This document shows, piece by piece, positions 59,079 through 64,000 of a stretch of 64,000 bases of DNA. The notes under the pieces were generated by a model. The model was not told where the DNA came from. It did no database searches and was given only the letters and a program-made list of their open reading frames with translations. Source of the stretch: a virus (Duplodnaviria > Caudoviricetes); IMG/VR virus record IMGVR_UViG_3300029955_000001. One strand, given 5' to 3'. Both the position numbers and the translations under genes were made by a program. Numbering within the stretch: position 1 is the stretch's first letter; the number at the start of each line of letters is the position of its first letter.

Positions 59079-60399
59079 CATTCCAATTAAATGGACCATA
59101 TCATCATCCTCAACATTACTTGTTAGGATGCCTACCATTTCGGGACTATTAATCCCTACTCTACTTGCTTTAATTACTAAATTAATAGCAACCATCTGAT
59201 TTTACACAGATGTTATTATGCGATGATTTGCAATAGCTTTCGATGGCCTCTGAACACACTCCGTATATTAAAATAAATACTTAGGAGCTTCGTTGCGGAT
59301 TATGTCTTTTAATAACGTTTTTACTATTCTCAACACTTCCATTACTGGGTTGAGTATTACAGTGTGTTTCCACCTGTAAGTAGTAGTTATTAAAATTATA
59401 GACGTTTTCCCGCAGTTAGATAGGTTTTGTTGTACCGTATTACTACGATACGGGGACCGGTAAATGAACGTACAAAAATAAATTAAATTTAGAATAAGAC
59501 GTGGAAATTATTAATATTTTTTTCCAGTTCTTTTACAATGTCTTTAACGAGGACACCACTTGGGAGCTTAAACGTATCGTAAACTTCAAGGGCATTTCTA
59601 AAGACTTGTAATTTTCCATCAACAACAAACCAATAACGATAAATTTGTTTAAGTCTCATTACCAGTTCTTTTTCTACAGAATCACTTTTGAGATGTAGAT
59701 AAGTTAAAACGATTAAATACTCTTTTCGAGCTTTAATAAAAAGCTTTTTTAATTCATCGTTTTCTTTTGTTCTCAAATAAACTTCTTCGCCACCAAAAAT
59801 ATCGATAGGCCTATAATGTTGCAAACCATTAAATTCGATATGAATGTTTAACTTAGGTAAAAAGAAATCACTTCTTAGGAGAGATGGTGATAATCTAAAT
59901 TCTCTAATATGTTCAATATTAAAGTTTTTTAAACATAACTCGACAGCTTTCTCACCTTTTGATTCCATACAAATACGACAACCGGCTTTATTCGAAAGAT
60001 GACCGTTTGGTTTCTGCCAAAACGATCCATGCGTAGGACAAATTATTTCTACATGTTCTTTATTGCCGTTATACTTAACCTTACTATAATCGTATTTATT
60101 ACCATGAATTAACTTAGCGTCTTTTATAAATTCTTCTGTAGTTTTCTTATGTTCTTCTATAAAACATTTTTTACACCCACACCCAGCTAAATGTGAACAC
60201 GCTTTCTGATAAAATAACCCGTGTCTTAGACACGTAATAGTTAACTTATCATGAGCTAGAAATATTTCTGGTAGAAGATCATAGTTGTTTGTTTATAAAA
60301 CGGATGGTCTTTTATTTCTTAATTTATTTAAAAATGTTTCTTTGTTCATTGTAGCCTTTTTATCATACAGTAATAAAACCTATATAACAATGGCTTTCA
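59079..60399 (-). mobile_element. group I intron (1321 nt) with degenerate endonuclease in vRNAP beta
   Basis: P AACTGCGGGAAA, Q AATCCGCAAC, R GTTCAGAGGCCAT and S ATGATATGGTCCA. IGS GTCCCC pairs with exon GGGGAT. Confidence 0.88.
59489..60349 (-). pseudogene. intron-encoded Vsr/EDxHD-like endonuclease with Zn-binding repeats, premature TAA at codon 19
   Basis: ATG at 60349 and TAA at 60295-60293. The frame then continues through C..HG...C..C repeats and D.FLP...IEFNGLQHY. Confidence 0.7.
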
Positions 60400-62205
60400 A
60401 TCCCCACGTTGTTTACGTAAAGAGTACTTGATACCATTCACCGAATAAGTACCGTCTTCTTTTATTACGGGTAACTTAAACTCCATCGTAGATGTTGTCC
60501 CGTCTACCGGAGTAATTCTAACCTTATGTTTGTCATACGAACCTAAAACACTATCTTCACGTTCTACCTCATAGCCCGTTACTGCGATCCCGGCCTTCTG
60601 AACATTCATCACCATACCAGCCACATCTCGAGGCATGATATCAGTAACGTAGAGACGATCAAAATCATGTAAACTCGATTTCAACATACTCTTATCATGG
60701 ATAGTTTGTTTGTCGGCAATCGTAGTTACTGATTCGATAGCTAGTTGTTTTGGCTTAATATCAATAAACTTATCTAACGTCGTCTTGCCATCTGGCGAAA
60801 CGATTGTTCTATAAGACTTTGATAACGTTTCATAACGTCGATACTCTGCAGCTGATAAACGACCAATATCTGCTAAACGATCACACACCTTCATTACACC
60901 ATCTTCTAGTGTTACAGGTTCATCAATAATGATATCTTCATGATGGCTCGTTGTGCTGTCGTTATGCGATCCGACATGTGCTCTAGAAATAGCTTCTAGT
61001 TCTGCTAAGTCCTCATCTAACCGAGCATCTAATTCTGCACTATGCGTTATATCGGCACCAGTATCGTCAGCGTGATCAGAATGTAGTGGATCGTAAGTTA
61101 CTTCACTAGGTGGCGGGTTCTCTGTTTGCTTCAATTCTACAGCACCTGTAGCGCTGTTAATAACAGGTAATGATGTTGCTTGTGTAATAACAGGCGAAGC
61201 ATTAGGGGCTGTTTGTACAGATACGCTATTATCGGAAGAATCAGTAGCGGTAACCGTAATATCAGATTTAATATCAACAGGAGTATTTTCTTTATCCCGC
61301 TGAACTTCATCTGTAACATCCGGCGAAGCAACAGTGCGCGCGTGAAACAAAGCCATCATCAAACGTAAGAAACGTTTCTGAATTTGAGACGGCGTTAAGC
61401 CCTTTATATTTGCTTCTGGATCTTCTTCCAATTCTTCTTCAGTAGCAATGCGCCATGAATTTAATTTACCCAGGTTAATGGCAAACCAGCGATTAGATTC
61501 AATAAATATTAAATTAACCTTATTCATTTCACCATCAGGCACGTGTGATAAAACAGAAGTTTTTCTATTATCACCTAACCATTTATAAATCTCTAAAATC
61601 ATTAAGCTATCAGGATTATTAAAGATCTTTACGACATGTTGCGATATACCAGATGATCCTAACCGAAGATCTGGTAAACTAGGTAATACAGTAGGCAATC
61701 TACAAGTAATGAAATTTTCTCTATCAGAAGTCGCCGTTACTACCGCTATATTTTTCCACACAGCTGATTGTGTATTCCACCATTTATAATACTCACTATA
61801 AAACGAACGTGGGTAACGATACATTTCTTGAAGAAATCCGTAATTATAAATAACTAGTGTATTCGGATCACGAGTGCTTATTTCAAGTGTTTTCATAAAA
61901 CGAAAACGACGATTTTTACTATGGAAATGTCTTATTAGCCCCATTGGATTAATAGCGTGCCTTCTTGGCATTCCCTTCTCATCTCCTAATTCAGTAATAT
62001 GACCAACGTTAATTGGTTTTGAAATATTACGAAACAAGAAGTCGTCAGGATCGGGGCCCATCACTATTGGGCTAGTTGATACATAGTGTAAAATAGATCT
62101 CTTTGGTAAATCTAACAGATCCATTTTTGGACATGGTGGATTCATCAAGTGCTCTGCTATTCTTACGCCATATTTTCTATACCAAATGTCATAAAAAAGA
62201 TTCAT
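60400..62205 (-). CDS. virion RNAP beta subunit exon 1 (spliced product about 1525 aa)
   Basis: Ends YSVNGIKYSLRKQRGD, which joins LPIRK. Size matches phiKZ gp178-type subunits. Confidence 0.85.
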
Positions 62206-62210
62206 TTTAA

Positions 62211-62379
62211 TTATCCATCTGTTAGATTATAAAGAACAAAAGCAACTGTTGCTACGTCTATGCTGGAAGTAAACCTACCATCTGTTCCAACATAAGCTCT
62301 CTTTTTAGTAAGGTACTCGTCTACTTCTTTAACTGCTTCGTCAGAGTACGTTGCGTTACTGCTGACAGTATCGCCATCA
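62211..62379 (-). CDS. virion RNAP beta-prime catalytic subunit (gp180-like), last exon
   Basis: T GAT GGC GAT ACT... gives (F)DGDTVSSNATYSDEAV...TDG-stop, following terminal G 62380. Confidence 0.82.
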
Positions 62380-64000
62380 CTTACATATTACTTATATTCA
62401 TAGTAATATGTTACTTTACATCACTGTAAAGAATAGACTATATCTTTATCTTTTACTTTCATTGTAAGAAAGCAGTCAGATATCTCCCGTTTCGACGGAT
62501 CTCCCGATCGGTCTACTTCCTTGCGGAATAGTCGTTGAGCCTTATCCATGCCCTTGTGAGGTTTAGGATCTTGGTTGCTATAGGGATTCTTAGAATCCAC
62601 GGTTGCCTCACAGTTTATTAATAAAACAATATTAATAAAAGCAGTACTGAACGCGATTAACTTTCAGTATAATGTAATATTCTTAAGCATTCACGCTCTG
62701 GTTTTCACCACACGTTGTAGCTATTACACTTTAGAGGGTTTCCAGCAATTAAAGAGATTTATTTTCATAGGCATTTCGGCCTAAGGACTCTGATTGATAT
62801 TAAATTCTTTTTACTAAATATTGGTTTTTTATAAGTGACTTATTACTAATAGCGTGCATAATCATTCCATTTCCTCTATTAAGAAAAACAGATGCTTTTG
62901 CATAACTTGTAAATAATTGTTCAGTATTTGTTTTTGTATCAGTGACTATTACACCAGTTGTTTTTCCAACCGGATTAGCTAAGTATACAGTTATTTCATT
63001 TTCTGTATACACAGGCCATGGCGTTTCATCATTTTCCATTTTAAAATCATAACCTTTTAATGGTCGGTGATTTCTTTCATCTTTTAAATAAGAATGTATA
63101 GTCATAACTGCGCAGTTTGTTGCTCTGCTGCAATCAGCCACACTGGAATATGTATTTATAACGCCAGTTACAATATTGCGTGTTTTAACTGAAGTAGGTA
63201 CTCCAATATGAAGTTTACGATCAATTGTTTTTTCTTGGTCAGTAACTTCTCGCCACGACGTCGCGTCTGTTTTAAGTTTGAATTGTAAAAATCCAGGATA
63301 CACTGGTTGATTTTTAGCTTTTACACGATACTTAATTGTATCTTTGTTTAAGTTTAAATAATCTGCGCAGTCTACGTATCCTCTAAATTCTTTTACTTCA
63401 CCAGTAACAACATTACGCATTAGAACTGTGGAGTCTATATTTTGTAGACCATTTTTCCATGCGTGAATGTTATTGTCTTTTCTTGTGGACCATTCTAAAT
63501 TTTCTAATCTATCATCACCGGGTATTCCGTTAATGTGGTTTGTTACAAGTGAATCAACATTAACGGTGTAAGGAAGCCATGCAAGACAAATTAATCTATG
63601 TCTTCCTATTGATGTATCGTTACCAACATCTGGAGTGATTTTATATCTAGCATACCCTGTATCGAAAAAATATTTCAATACTCTACCACTGGTCGCGTTA
63701 ATAAGATTGCCAAATTTATTAATAGCGTAATTACTAAAGCCTGGTATGTATGCGTAATCTGAAAATTTATAATGAAGCATTCCGCCTTCTGGGAATTTCC
63801 ACACTAGGTTACTTGGGTGACAGTTCTTTTTATTACCATCGACAAACATTACATCTATTCGGTGCCAGTGATGAAAAGGAACTGCAATTCTTTTAAAAGT
63901 TAATGCAACTAATACTGCAACTTTATAGTTTTGATACCCGTTCCACAAACACGCATAAACTAATAAATTTCCATCAGCATCTACGGTGTGGGGAATAATA
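62380..64000 (-). mobile_element. group I intron in the DFDGD motif of vRNAP beta-prime, 5-prime end outside window
   Basis: P AATTGCTGGAAAC, R GCTCAACGACTA and S AAGATATAGTCT. IGS GAGTC is preceded by ATCA, a P10 partner for exon TGAT. Confidence 0.85.
62800..64000 (-). CDS. intron-encoded HNH homing endonuclease with two HNH-like units (partial, open to window edge)
   Basis: FVDGNKKNCHPSNLVW and NHINGIPGDDRLENLEW plus NUMOD1-like repeats. The frame is open beyond 63948. Confidence 0.85.
   Translation of the reverse strand, partial: IIPHTVDADGNLLVYACLWNGYQNYKVAVLVALTFKRIAVPFHHWHRIDVMFVDGNKKNCHPSNLVWKFPEGGMLHYKFSDYAYIPGFSNYAINKFGNLINATSGRVLKYFFDTGYARYKITPDVGNDTSIGRHRLICLAWLPYTVNVDSLVTNHINGIPGDDRLENLEWSTRKDNNIHAWKNGLQNIDSTVLMRNVVTGEVKEFRGYVDCADYLNLNKDTIKYRVKAKNQPVYPGFLQFKLKTDATSWREVTDQEKTIDRKLHIGVPTSVKTRNIVTGVINTYSSVADCSRATNCAVMTIHSYLKDERNHRPLKGYDFKMENDETPWPVYTENEITVYLANPVGKTTGVIVTDTKTNTEQLFTSYAKASVFLNRGNGMIMHAISNKSLIKNQYLVKRI

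Noticed and set aside
59079-59195. N-terminal MVAINLVIK... extension of ORF 57432-59195
   Set aside because: It is intron core sequence (contains the S element); the true exon begins at 59078.
60293-60295. Possible stop-codon reassignment (in-frame TAA)
   Set aside because: All core genes are intact under code 11 and commonly end in TAA, so a single nonsense mutation is simpler.
54518-62400. Inteins or group II introns as the cause of the split RNAP genes
   Set aside because: No C...HN intein ends, no GTGCG starts and no reverse transcriptase. P/Q/R/S elements, U-G splice pairs and terminal G indicate group I.
1-64000. tRNA or rRNA genes
   Set aside because: No T-loop (GTTCGA) cloverleaf or rRNA signature was found by eye.

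Overview
This window is a 64-kb segment of a nucleus-forming, phiKZ-like jumbo phage (Chimalliviridae). It is AT-rich and uses the standard genetic code. It carries the conserved nucleus block (chimallin, non-virion RNAP subunits, PicA-like and ChmC-like genes), the PolB polymerase domain, PhuZ tubulin, large terminase, baseplate/sheath/tube genes, the prohead protease and virion RNAP genes. phiKZ gp-number orthologies below rest on recalled motifs and gene order, not on database searches. Six group I introns interrupt RNA polymerase genes at conserved motifs. Two tandem ORF-less introns leave most of the nvRNAP NADFDGD catalytic motif on a 20-nt micro-exon. Three introns split the vRNAP beta gene into four exons, and one sits in the vRNAP beta-prime DFDGD motif. 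Three introns carry homing endonucleases, one of them inactivated by a nonsense codon. An early accessory island (about 28-33.2 kb) has repeated promoter modules, about ten membrane microproteins and a candidate Csx20-like ring nuclease fused to an RNAP alpha-CTD-like domain. Other notable items are an ATA start codon for nvRNAP beta-prime N, a candidate GGA-loop hairpin ncRNA, and a TATGCCG motif beside many intergenic hairpins. No tRNA, rRNA or CRISPR array was seen.
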